Of a DNA stretch of 64,000 bases, positions 10,261-19,924 are shown in pieces. The notes below the pieces were generated by a model. The model was not told where the DNA came from. It ran no database searches and worked only from the letters and a program-made list of their open reading frames with translations. Source of the stretch: an uncultured bacterium. Its GTDB lineage: Bacteria; Verrucomicrobiota; Verrucomicrobiia; Limisphaerales; UBA8199. The stretch is from the NCBI GenBank assembly GCA_963749495.1, contig CAVVMW010000023.1, positions 288,001 through 352,000 of the forward strand, in the 5' to 3' direction. Position 1 is the first letter of the stretch. Each line of letters begins with the position of its first letter. A program made the position numbers and the translations under genes.

Positions 10261-12916
10261 ATGAAATCGATGACAGTGCCACAGGGGAATCGCGAATACG
10301 CCCTTCGTAACGGTTCACTCGCCTTTGAGCCGCCCGAACTTCAGGCGCCTGCCTCTGTGTCCTCACCAAAACCCTGCTCAGGGCCCGGAGACGGTTCCCT
10401 CGCCCTCTTCCGGGAATTAAGGAAATACGCTGGGCGCCTGCTACTCTGAGCCATTGTCCAACCCCTCCGCCTCAAATGAAGCCGCCCTCATCTGCCAGAT
10501 CCTTTTCCTCAAATTCGCCGAGCACTCCGTCACACCGCTTAGGCGCCAGCCTCTGCTCGCTGGAGCCGCTGCCGCAAGCGTCTCGCCATCCCACTTCTAC
10601 AGTGAATGTCTCGGACCCCGCATTGAGTCGTGGTTCGGGAACGCGCACAGCCCCAGGAGCGTCGACTCGAATCAGCTCTTCGAATTAACAACCGATCTGC
10701 TGAGCCGTTATACATTTGCCCTGGCGCCAACCGAAGGCGATACCTGCAACCCCTCCGTTGCACCGTGGATTCTTGGTTACATCTATGAACGCTGGATCAA
10801 CCAGCGCCCCACTGGAGCGTACTTCACTCCAGACCTCCTCGCCGAGAACATCGTCCACCACGCCCTCCAAGAATGGTTCACGATTCAGTTTGAAGTTCAA
10901 CACCTTGAGAGCATCCCCCTAGCACTTCTACGCTCGCACCGGGCTGGTCATCATCTGAGCCCCAGACAGATCGAGTCGCTCACGTGGATCGAGCAGAGGT
11001 TGCGCGCCCTACGCCTTATCGACATGAGCGTCGGTGGGGGGGCCTTCTTAGTTGCCGCCTCTAGGATCCTTATCCAGATCTACGCCGCCCTCCACGCAAT
11101 CAAAGGACGCCCAGATCGGCCTCAGCGGTACCGCGAGTGGCTGGCGCACATTTTCGCCAACACGATCCACGGACTCGACATTGCGCCCCAGGCTGTCCTC
11201 GTTGCGCGCCTACGCCTCTGGCTCCTCGACCTCGAGTTTGGCGTAGCCCAGACGCAGGGCGCAGCCAGCTTTCCGACACTCCCTCACCTGTCAGTCGGCG
11301 ATGCACTTGCCTGGGCACCACACCCGAACAACGCAATTGAGTTAGACCTTTTTCAACCGGCGTCAGTCCCCACACCTCTAGGCAAACTCGGCACTGCCGG
11401 CCAGCCACACTTTGACCTCTGCGTCGGCAACCCACCATTCATCGCGCTTAGCCAGGGCAACAGTGTTAAGACCAAATCAGAAACCATCCGGCTCTGGAAC
11501 GCTACCCATCCGACTCACCCGATCAAGACCACCTCCGACTTAAGCAACGTCTTCATTTTGAGCGGCACCGAACTTCTACGCCCGGATGGTGTTCTGGCCT
11601 TCATCACCTCGCGCAACTTTGTCGACACGAACTACGGCGCCCCCATTCGGAAGTATCTCACACACGAAGTCGAACTCCGGACTCTCTTCACATTACACGA
11701 TCACCCGTTTACACAGGAGGGGATCAAGGTCAAAGCCAACACCCTCATTCTTTGCGTCGCGCGGCGGAAACCGGAAGGACCCGTATCGTTCCAACACCTC
11801 ATGTCGTGGCAGCAGCCGCTCTCTTCAGACAACGGTTGCCGCATCGACCTCGCCGCTTTGCAGACCTCTGACAATTGGACTAGGACGCTCTTCCCGAATC
11901 CGGTGCGCGACATGCTAACAGCACGCTGCCCGAGGCGCGTTGGCGACTTCGCCACTGTTAAAATGGGCGTCAAGTCTGGCTGCAACACATTCTTTTTACT
12001 CGATGCTACTTCAGAAGCAGCCCGCTCACTCCATTGCTCTCCGGAGAGCTTGTCCGCCGTAGTCAAGAACTCCCGAGACATCAGCGGCTTCGTCCTGCCA
12101 AGGGAGACACAACACCGTTACTTCAACCTGCACCACGAGGTCCAACGTATTGCTGCCGGCTACGGTGGCGGCACGCTGCCTCCGCTCGCCAACTACATCT
12201 ACCAATACGGAATCCGTTACCCCTGCGAGACCTGCCAATCCCTTGCGGCCACACAGCACCGAAGCAAGCCCAACCTCTTCCCGCATGCGGGCATGTGCGA
12301 TAAATGCCCTGAATGCAGCGAAGGGCACCACCGATGCGACCGTCCCGCTGATCGGCTCTCCACGGAGGGACACCGGCCGTCCTGGTACACGTTGTCGCTG
12401 ACCACACCACCGCTAATTGCAGTTCAGTGCATCGTTGACACCGAGATCGGGGCTTTTCTCAACCAAGACCAAGTCCACGTGACCGACCAATTCCAGGTCA
12501 TCGAAGCCCCGGAGCCTGAGGAAATCGGCCAATTGCTGTTCGTGTATCTCAACAGCCGCATCTCACATTTGCTGCTGGAAGGATCAGGTTTGCATCGGGC
12601 TCGCTTCGATGGCAGCTTCATGCTGAAGATACAGGTCGAGCATCTCAGAGAACTACGCTGTCCCGACTTCAGGGCCCTCACCCCGCGCCAGAACCACCGC
12701 CTGTTTAAGCTGCGAAACCAGCTAGTCAGCGTGCGTAACCGGAAATCTCCGGAAGTCAAGGCCATCCGCGATCAGATAGACTGCGCCTTCCTGGACATCC
12801 TGAGCTACGGTGCACATGAGATCGACTCGCTCCAACCCAGGCTCCGTGCCTCCCTGGAAGAAGCTATCCGGTTTCGCTGGATTAAAACGAGAATGCGGCA
12901 AGCAAACATCGCGTGA
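10261..12916 (+). CDS. N6-adenine DNA methyltransferase (Eco57I/TaqI-like, gamma class), probable frameshift near 10445
   Basis: ILGYIYE, GAYFTPDLLAE, motif I variant IDMSVGGGAFL, HGLDI, motif IV FDLCVGNPPF, LRPDGVLAFITS and KMGVKSGCNTFF. The 62-aa ORF at 10261 joins by a 1-nt shift. Confidence 0.88.
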
Positions 12917-12925
12917 CTGATTCTT

Positions 12926-13411
12926 ATGGAACTTAACCTCAACGAAATTCGCGACCTACTCCTCGAATACTTCGACGCTGGACGCTCAATTCCAATCGAG
13001 AACACACAGGAACGTCAGGGCAACAGCAAGCTTTGGGAGAAGGACCTTTATGATTTCTTCCGCGCCAAGGGTTACGAATTCGAACGCTACGACAGCAAAA
13101 CGCCGGATTTCGGTGACCCGTTCAATCTTGATGTAAAAACCCTCCGCTTCGATCGGAGCACAAAAACTTTCAGTGTGGCCCCGCTCACCCCTCAAGAAGC
13201 TTTGACGGGAGTGCTGCCGTATCGGATGGTCGTCCTTCTTTGGAGATACGATTCTGACACGGGCCGCGGCCACCCCGTCGGCGCGGTTCTCGTTCCAAAG
13301 GAAGCGAAAACTGTTTTAACGAACTGGAGCTATAAGGGCATCCAAGTCAAATCCGGGGTTTCCGAGACGCTAATTCGTGAGAAGGGCCTCCTCGCGGGCA
13401 AGAGACTATAG
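12926..13411 (+). CDS. Small putative PD-(D/E)xK restriction endonuclease
   Basis: Starts 9 nt after the methyltransferase stop. Helix LWEKDLYDFF precedes TPDFGDPFNLDVKT (PD...DxK). Confidence 0.6.
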   Translation: MELNLNEIRDLLLEYFDAGRSIPIENTQERQGNSKLWEKDLYDFFRAKGYEFERYDSKTPDFGDPFNLDVKTLRFDRSTKTFSVAPLTPQEALTGVLPYRMVVLLWRYDSDTGRGHPVGAVLVPKEAKTVLTNWSYKGIQVKSGVSETLIREKGLLAGKRL

Positions 13412-13487
13412 TCAAGGGGCCGTTCAGAAAACCCCTCAGCGATTGTTCCGGCCCACGACATCAGCCAAAAAAGGGTTTCGGCCAAAG

Positions 13488-14056
13488 CTATTTACACTCT
13501 TCATCCTCATTCCGCTTTAGCACCAGGCAATTGGAAACGTGCGTCCAGCTCCCCATCCTAACCCGGTGCGCAATCCATTTCAATGTCATCGTGCTCTCGC
13601 GCCGCAGCCGCCATGCTATCCGCACCTTCTGCGGGTCGCCCTTCCGCCGCCGCGCCAGCTCCTCCTCCGCCCAGCCCCGCCGCCGCAATTCCTCCTGCAC
13701 CAGCCGCTCCGCATGCAGTTCATCGGCCTCGCGCAACTCCGGCCCGTAATGGCCGCCCCGCCGCTCATGCATCTGCCTCAGCAGCTCCTCCTTCACATTT
13801 GTCGCCCAGACACCAGCCCCGCTCCACCGCCTTCCCCTCAGCCCTGGGAGTCTCCTGGCTGCGGCGCTGCTCCAGAGACCGCGAAAACTGTCTAGGCCCG
13901 GCCGGACTGTCCTTGGGAATACGCCATTCGCCCAGGAGCCGGTCCACGCGCAGCCAGATGTTTCCTTGACTTGAGGCTTTGAGGGTACTCCCCGTCACCC
14001 CGGCTCATGACGTGGCAGATGGGGCCCGGATACTGAACTCGGAGTTTGCGCGGCAT
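13488..14056 (-). pseudogene. Internally deleted Y1 (RAYT-like) tyrosine transposase
   Basis: N-terminus MPRKLRVQYPGPICHVMSRGD at 14056 is joined to the C-terminal WLRVDRLLGEWRIPKDS...RGWCLG...RKGDPQKVRIAWRLRRESTMTLKWIA. The HUH core is absent. Confidence 0.8.
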
Positions 14057-14092
14057 GACCAGGACCATACGCCAGAGAGGAGTATTGTGTCA

Positions 14093-14146
14093 ATAGTTTT
14101 GACCGACCCCGTTCCGATCATAGTTTTGACCGACCCCGTTCCGATC
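14093..14146 (+). repeat. 27-bp perfect tandem duplication at the transposase-remnant end
   Basis: atagttttgaccgaccccgttccgatc occurs twice in tandem. Confidence 0.95.
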
Positions 14147-14374
14147 AAACATCCGGCCATGGCTGGACGCGAGGATGAGGTGCGGGCGGCGCTGCAAACG
14201 CCGGAAGAGATTCGGCGTAGCAAAAGCAACGCGAACGTGTATCTTTTCTATCGCAGCCGACGCAACCGGCGTTGGGTCTGCGCCGTGAGCAAACAAGCGG
14301 GCCGGACCGGCTTTCTCATCACGGCGTATCCCACCGACGCCATCAAAGAAGGCGAACGAATATGGCCGAAGTGA
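14147..14374 (+). pseudogene. 5'-truncated RelE/BECR-like toxin gene
   Basis: KHPAMAGREDEVRAALQTPEEIRRSK...YLFYR...WVCAV...GFLITAYPT. The N-terminus is replaced by the repeat and transposase remnant. Confidence 0.6.
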
Positions 14375-14580
14375 ATGTTTATTACGATCCGGCAGGCCGC
14401 ACGCTGACGGTGTGGTTTGGCCGTCCGCAGGCGGAATATGTCTGCGAAGAGACGGGCGAGGAAGTGGTCTTGATGAAGGACCGGAAGGGTCGCGTCATCG
14501 GTTTTGAGCGTCTGAATTATCCGGGCAAAGCCGCCCAGCCGGTGAGGATCGCGTTTGAGACAATTCCCCAGCCCGCATGA
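14362..14580 (+). CDS. DUF2283-family antitoxin-like protein
   Basis: MAEVNVYYDPAGRTLTVWF...EVVLMKDRKGRVIGFE. Overlaps the end of the toxin gene. Confidence 0.8.
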   Translation: MAEVNVYYDPAGRTLTVWFGRPQAEYVCEETGEEVVLMKDRKGRVIGFERLNYPGKAAQPVRIAFETIPQPA

Positions 14581-14594
14581 TGGCCGACAAAGTA

Positions 14595-15391
14595 AAACAA
14601 ACATCAAACGGCAGACGTTTTACGGACGAGAGAAGGACAACGCGATTTACCCCATCGCGCTCGCCAACCTCGTGCTGCACAACATTGACGAGCCGCACAT
14701 CTGGCACGGCAATACGCTCACGGGCGCGGAAACTTACGGCGGATTGTTTCAGGACGCGCCGCAACTCTATGACGTGGTGCTGATGAACCCGCCGTTTGGC
14801 GGCAAGGAAGGCAAGGACGCGCAGACGCGCTTCCCATACAAGACCGGCGCGACGCAAGTGCTGTTTCTGCAACACGTCATTGACAGCCTCAAACCGAGCG
14901 GGCGTTGCGGCATCGTGCTTGATGAAGGCGTTTTGTTCCGCACCAACGAGACGGCCTTTGTCCAAACCAAGCGCAAGCTGCTGGACGATTGCGACCTTTG
15001 GTGCATCGTGAGCCTGCCGGGCGGCGTGTTCACGGCGGCGGGGGCGGGCGTGAAAACCAATCTGCTTTTCTTCACCAAAGGCAAGCCGACGGAGAAGATT
15101 TGGTATTACGACCTGTCGGACATCAAGGTCGGCAAGAAAACGCCGTTCACCTTGAAGCACTTTGAGGACTTCTTCCGCCTGCTGCCCGACCGCGCCGACA
15201 GCGAACGCAGTTGGACCGTCATGCGCCAGCAAATCGAAGCCCTGAACTACGACCTGAAAGCCGTCAACCCGAACCGCAAGAGCACCGAGGATACCCGCAC
15301 GCCGGAGGAATTGCTCGCGGTCATCGAATCCAAGGGGTGCGAGGTTGCCGCCGCCCTTGCTGCGCTGCGTGATGGAAGCACCAGACCTTGA
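14595..15391 (+). pseudogene. hsdM: C-terminal fragment of a type I restriction-modification M subunit
   Basis: TFYGREKD...ANLVLH...GNTL, VLMNPPFGG, LFLQHVIDSLK and SLPGGVF...GVKTNLLFF. SAM-binding motif I and the N-terminus are missing, and there is no hsdS or hsdR nearby. Confidence 0.85.
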
Positions 15392-15405
15392 CGACATCCA
15401 CCGCT

Positions 15406-15651
15406 GTAACTATTCAGCCCGCGCACTGGGGCCCGAAAGGGCGCCGGGAGGTTTGCACAGGGTCGTCCCATTCCCCCTCACCCTGACCCTCTCCCCAGGG
15501 AGAGGGAACAGCGAAGGCCGACAGTCGTTAATCCCGACGCCGTTGGTTTCGTCAACAGACTGGCGGAAGTTCCCCCTCTCCCTGGGGAGAGGGCCGGGGT
15601 GAGGGGGAATGTGGTGGCCCTTGTTCAGGCCAATCTCGGTAAATAGTTGTC
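15406..15651. mobile_element. Family C REP doublet within degenerate GTAACTATTCAG-type termini
   Basis: Left end gtaactattcagcc and degenerate right end ggtaaatagttgtc. Inner ccccctcaccctgaccctctccc...gggagagggccggggtgagggg. Confidence 0.6.
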
Positions 15652-15828
15652 AATACCACCAACCGACCCCTGCCAGGCTTCACGCCAGGAAAGAGCGAAC
15701 CATGCCATGGCTGACCCTTTTCTTTGTGTGGCAGGCCCTGTTTTGCATTGACGCCAGAGGGTTGGTTCTGATAGTGATTTGAAGTCGAGACCGTAAAAAC
15801 CAATAGAAACCACTGATACCAAAAATAA

Positions 15829-17238
15829 ATGAGTATGAAACACATCCCAATACAACCCTATTGTCTGCTATCTTGCGTGGCGGCGGCGGCCATTCTGGCC
15901 TTTGCCAGCGCGTCTGCCCGGGCCAGTCTGCTGGCTTATGAAGGGTTCAATCCCCCTCCTGCAGTCACGACAAACATTGATGGCATTGCCACAGGCACAG
16001 GCTTTGCCGGGCCCTGGACCAACTCCGCTGGAGATGATATTGCCCACGGCGCCCTGATTAATTGCACGGCGAACAACAACTTCCTCGCTTTTCCAGCTAA
16101 CGTCTATTTTCCAGGGCCAGCCGGTGGCATGGCTCAGAATGGTGATGGTTGGGCGTCGGGAGTTGTGGTTCGTCCCTTGAGCATGCCCATCGACCTCTCT
16201 GCCGATGGCGTCTATTATATCAGTTGGCTCAATACCTACGGCCCGCCCCCCCCGAGCGCGGCGCGCAATTATGACGCCCGTGTTTATATTGGACGTGAGC
16301 CTAACGCGGCGACGGGGGAGCCTGGGCTGCGAATCATGAGCGGCGTGAGTTACGATGTTGACGGTGCCGCGTCAAACGAACTAGCTATTACCGTAAACCC
16401 TGGCGCCACCAACATTACCTGGTGGGAATATTGGCCGCATGGTAGCTTCGGCAGCTCAGGTCAGCAGACCGGCTATTATATGTGTGTGGCGCAAATCCAA
16501 ACCTACGCGGCGGGCGGAGACACGGTGAACCTGCGGGCCTATATTTATACTCCCGGCGGTACAAATCAGGTGGACACTGATCCTGCCAATGTTGTTTGGG
16601 ATGTTACCTATACAGACAATATTGGGACCATGACCGGTTTGGCCGATCACCTCGGCTTGGCCATCACCGGCGCCGCACTGCCCTCCATCGGTGAAATCCG
16701 GCTGGGCACAACTTGGTCAGACGTCGTTGATACCACTGTGCCGGCAACCATAGCGTTTTTATCTCAGCCGGTCAGCCAGGCCGTCGCCATAACAGATTCG
16801 GCGCATTTCAGCGTTGTAATGGCCGGCGGATCGGGATCGCCCACCTACCAGTGGCAGAAGCAGGTGAACGGCACGTTCGTCAATCTCTCCGACGGTGGAA
16901 ACATCTCGGGTTCGACCACCTCTCAACTGACGATTACGAATGTGCAACCCTCCGATGCGACGAATTACTTGGTTCGGGTTAATAATACCACCAACAGCGC
17001 CGTGGCCAGCCTGACCGTGGTGGGCAATCCGCAAACCAGCATAGAGCTTCATGCGGCGATTGTTATTAACGGCGTGGTTGGCTTCCACTATCAGGTCCAA
17101 TATAGTTCGGCCTTGACGGGTGGGACCTGGCAATTGCTGCAAGACATCCCGTCGCTACCGACAACGCCATACCTCGTCTATGATCCGACGGCCGCCACCT
17201 ATGCAAGCCGTTTCTATCGGGCAGTGATTGTGCCCTGA
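15829..17238 (+). CDS. Secreted protein with Ig-like domain and C-terminal RFYR-type domain
   Basis: Signal peptide ending ASARA, then LLAYEGF, IGEIRLGTTWSDV, Ig motif SQPVSQ...TYQWQK...LTITNVQPSDATNY, and tail YQVQYSSAL...W...RFYRA. Confidence 0.85.
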   Translation: MSMKHIPIQPYCLLSCVAAAAILAFASASARASLLAYEGFNPPPAVTTNIDGIATGTGFAGPWTNSAGDDIAHGALINCTANNNFLAFPANVYFPGPAGGMAQNGDGWASGVVVRPLSMPIDLSADGVYYISWLNTYGPPPPSAARNYDARVYIGREPNAATGEPGLRIMSGVSYDVDGAASNELAITVNPGATNITWWEYWPHGSFGSSGQQTGYYMCVAQIQTYAAGGDTVNLRAYIYTPGGTNQVDTDPANVVWDVTYTDNIGTMTGLADHLGLAITGAALPSIGEIRLGTTWSDVVDTTVPATIAFLSQPVSQAVAITDSAHFSVVMAGGSGSPTYQWQKQVNGTFVNLSDGGNISGSTTSQLTITNVQPSDATNYLVRVNNTTNSAVASLTVVGNPQTSIELHAAIVINGVVGFHYQVQYSSALTGGTWQLLQDIPSLPTTPYLVYDPTAATYASRFYRAVIVP

Positions 17239-17247
17239 ATCTCGCGC

Positions 17248-17284
17248 GGCCAGGAGAGAGACTCTCTCCTGGTCGCCTTTCCTC
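17248..17284 (+). terminator. Putative intrinsic terminator
   Basis: ccaggagag-loop-ctctcctgg hairpin just after the stop, followed by a pyrimidine run. Confidence 0.5.
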
Positions 17285-17384
17285 TCGGTCGCGAGCCAGC
17301 TTTGTTCAAGCTGGAAAGTTGGCCCCCTCAGCAGAATCTTCCAAGTAACTTCTGTTGTTGAGCAGCTCTCCCGCTAGCCTTCCA

Positions 17385-17505
17385 CCTTCTCGAGCGTGCG
17401 TTTTCTAAATAGCTCGCCCTCCAAACACCGGTTGCGCCGAAAGACCTAAAGCGCCTCGTCGTCAGCCTCTTCGAGCCGCGGCGCTTCAATCCACGTGTCA
17501 AACTC
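17385..17505 (-). pseudogene. Highly decayed fragment of a RAYT-like transposase
   Basis: Minus strand reads EFDTWIEAPRLEEADDEAL*VFRRNRCLEGELFRKRTLEKVEG*, resembling the segment around RGWCLG in the 13.8-kb remnant. Confidence 0.45.
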
Positions 17506-17861
17506 CTGCCGCCCGGCCGGCTTTCGGGCGCTGGCTGGCATCCCCCTACCCGTCCTGCTGCGCCGGGACGCGCGGGCCCCCACCCCGGGGCTTGGGTTTG
17601 CGACCCCGAGATGGACATCGGACGGAGTCCATCAGCCGCCCCCCCGCATCCCAACAAAATTGCCCGTCTGCACTCTGTCAATGGCCGCGTACTGCAGGGC
17701 GCAGGACGGGATTCCTCGCTGCCGCCTAAGGGCGGCGTTGCGCAGCCAAGCGGAACGCCGCATTTATGCGGCTGGATTGCGCGCAGGAAGAAGTCTGCCG
17801 TGCGCCCATGAAAGGAAACGCACCGTGTCAGGGGTTGATTCAGCGTTCCTGCGAACCTTCG

Positions 17862-19599
17862 TTACTCTTTTATCAGGCGGAAGAAGGTTTTTGCGCCCAT
17901 GGCCGGGTAATTGGTCACACTGACCAGGCCGTTGGTCGAGGCATGGCCTTGAGTCCAAGTGGCGCCATCGGTATTGAGGAGGTCCTGCCACGTGCCACCC
18001 GACAAGGCCGTGTTGGCTTGCAGGTGAACGCCCGGGCGGCCCAGCCACGAGATCGCCACACTGCCCGCGGAGGCAGGACCCGCGCTGAGCAGGCCGAATG
18101 ACGGCTCGACCAGTTGCGCGCCGAAGGTGTCGCGCGGCAGGGTGTAGGCGCCGGTGGTCCGGACGAAGCGGACATGGTTGCTGTTCGGGGGGGCTTCGTC
18201 ATCGTTGCCGTTGATGCCGTACTTATAGGTCTGCTGCACGGGACTGCCCTTGGGCAGCAAGAGGTCAATGGAATAAACCGAGCCTGCCCACGGGGTTGTT
18301 GGTGAGCATCGGCAGGGAGGCATCCCAAGTCGCGAAGCCATTGGGCGCCCCGTTGATGAAGACCTGATCGCTGGCTGGGGCGAAGGCGTGGGCGTCCGTC
18401 CCGACAGCCTGGGCCATGTCGACGCTAAAGCTCACCACCGTGTCCGCAGGGAGGAAGTCGGCCGGGTCCTGGTTGCTGAAAAAGACGACAGGCAGGGTTT
18501 GGGCAGTGCCGCGAACGATGGCCACGGTCCGATTGTCGGCCATGGTTTCCCAGCCGCTGTTAGCCGACACACTCGCCCAGAATTTATACTGCTCTTCAAC
18601 GCCCACGCCGTCCGTGATGGTGACCACGGCACGGTAGATGTTGGTGTTTGGGTCCGCGGGATTATTCGTGCAAAGGATTTGGGGAGTGCCCCAACTGTTG
18701 AAATTGCCGCGCACCTCGACGGTTCCCGTGCCGGGGTCAAAATTGCCCAGCGTGATCTGCGCGGTCATGTCCACCTGGAAAGTGATGATGTTGGTGGCGA
18801 CTGGGGCATAGGGAGCATCGTTGAAGAACAAGATGGGCAGGCTTTGCGTGGCGCCCGAGCCCAGGTTGAAAAAGCGATTGTTGTTGTCGGCGGGGTCGCC
18901 GGTCCCCGGCGCGGGGCTCTCCCAGTTGCTGCCGGTATCGATATAGTACTTGAAATCGGTTGTCTGCCCGGGCGAACCGGTGACGTCGACCGTGTACACA
19001 TAGACATCCGAGGTCACCAACCCAAACTGGTTGGTCCGCAGAATGGCCGGGTCATTGGTCATCGGAGCGACTTGGCCCCAGCCATTGAATAACCCGCGAG
19101 TATAGACCGACGAGGAATTCGTGTTAAATGCCCCGGTGTTGATCTGCTGGGCCATGTCCACCTGGAATGTCACCGACACGGTAACGGGATTTGGGGTCGA
19201 ATCCCCGAAATAGACTTGGGGCAGCATGAGGCTGGAGCCGTCGGCGGCAGGAAGGGTCACTAGGCGGTCATGATTGGCGCCCTCGGCGACAACCTCGTAG
19301 GTGGCGCCGGGCTCAATCGTGTATCGGTAGCTCATGACCGTTCCGTTGCCGGGAATATTGGTCGTGCCGGTCCAAAGATTGGGATTGGCGCCGTGGGGAT
19401 TGTTGGTCAGGGCGAAGGCGCTCCGCCCATTGAAGGTTCCCCGGGCCGCCACCGTCTGGGAGTTCGAGTCGAAGGCCGCGTTGCTCATATCGACCTGGAA
19501 GGTGACCAGGACATTTGCCGAGGCCGCCCAGCCGGCACAAAGCAGCAGCGCGAGGCCCAGCCCGCGTTGATACGTGTGGAGTATTCTCTCAGGATTCAT
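17862..19599 (-). CDS. Secreted protein with four tandem CBM20/CBM48-like beta-sandwich repeats (frameshift near 18290)
   Basis: Signal peptide and repeats starting VTFQVDM, VTFQVDM, ITFQVDM and VSFSVDM, with RGxFN.W and YKY-like motifs. C-terminal LQANTALSGGTW...FFRL. Confidence 0.75.
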
Positions 19600-19673
19600 G
19601 GGAAGGTTCGATTCAGGTTCACCAGTGAACGTACTGAATCGGTTGGGGCATGTCAACCCAGATCCTCACCCCC

Positions 19674-19898
19674 AGTAAGCGGTCAGTCAAGGCGGAGAGG
19701 GGGTGCCCGGGCCGACCCCTCACCCCAACCCTCTCCCCGTCCGACGGGGAGAGGGAGAGGCCTCGGCAGTCTCGCGCGATCCCTGGCGTCTGCGCTTTCT
19801 CAAAGCGCCACCGAGAATCCTCCCTCTCCCCTTCCGAAGGGGAGAGGGCCGGGGTGAGGGGTCCGCTCCGTGACGCTCCCGCCTTCACTGAGGCCTCA
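19674..19898. mobile_element. Family C REP doublet within cagtgaaggcgg-type outer inverted repeats
   Basis: ggtcagtcaaggcgg...ccgccttcactgagg encloses two inverted ccctctcccc hairpins. Same layout at 30424-30645 and 43687-43910. Confidence 0.8.
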
Positions 19899-19924
19899 CC
19901 CCCCGAATCCTCGGGTTTATGGGT

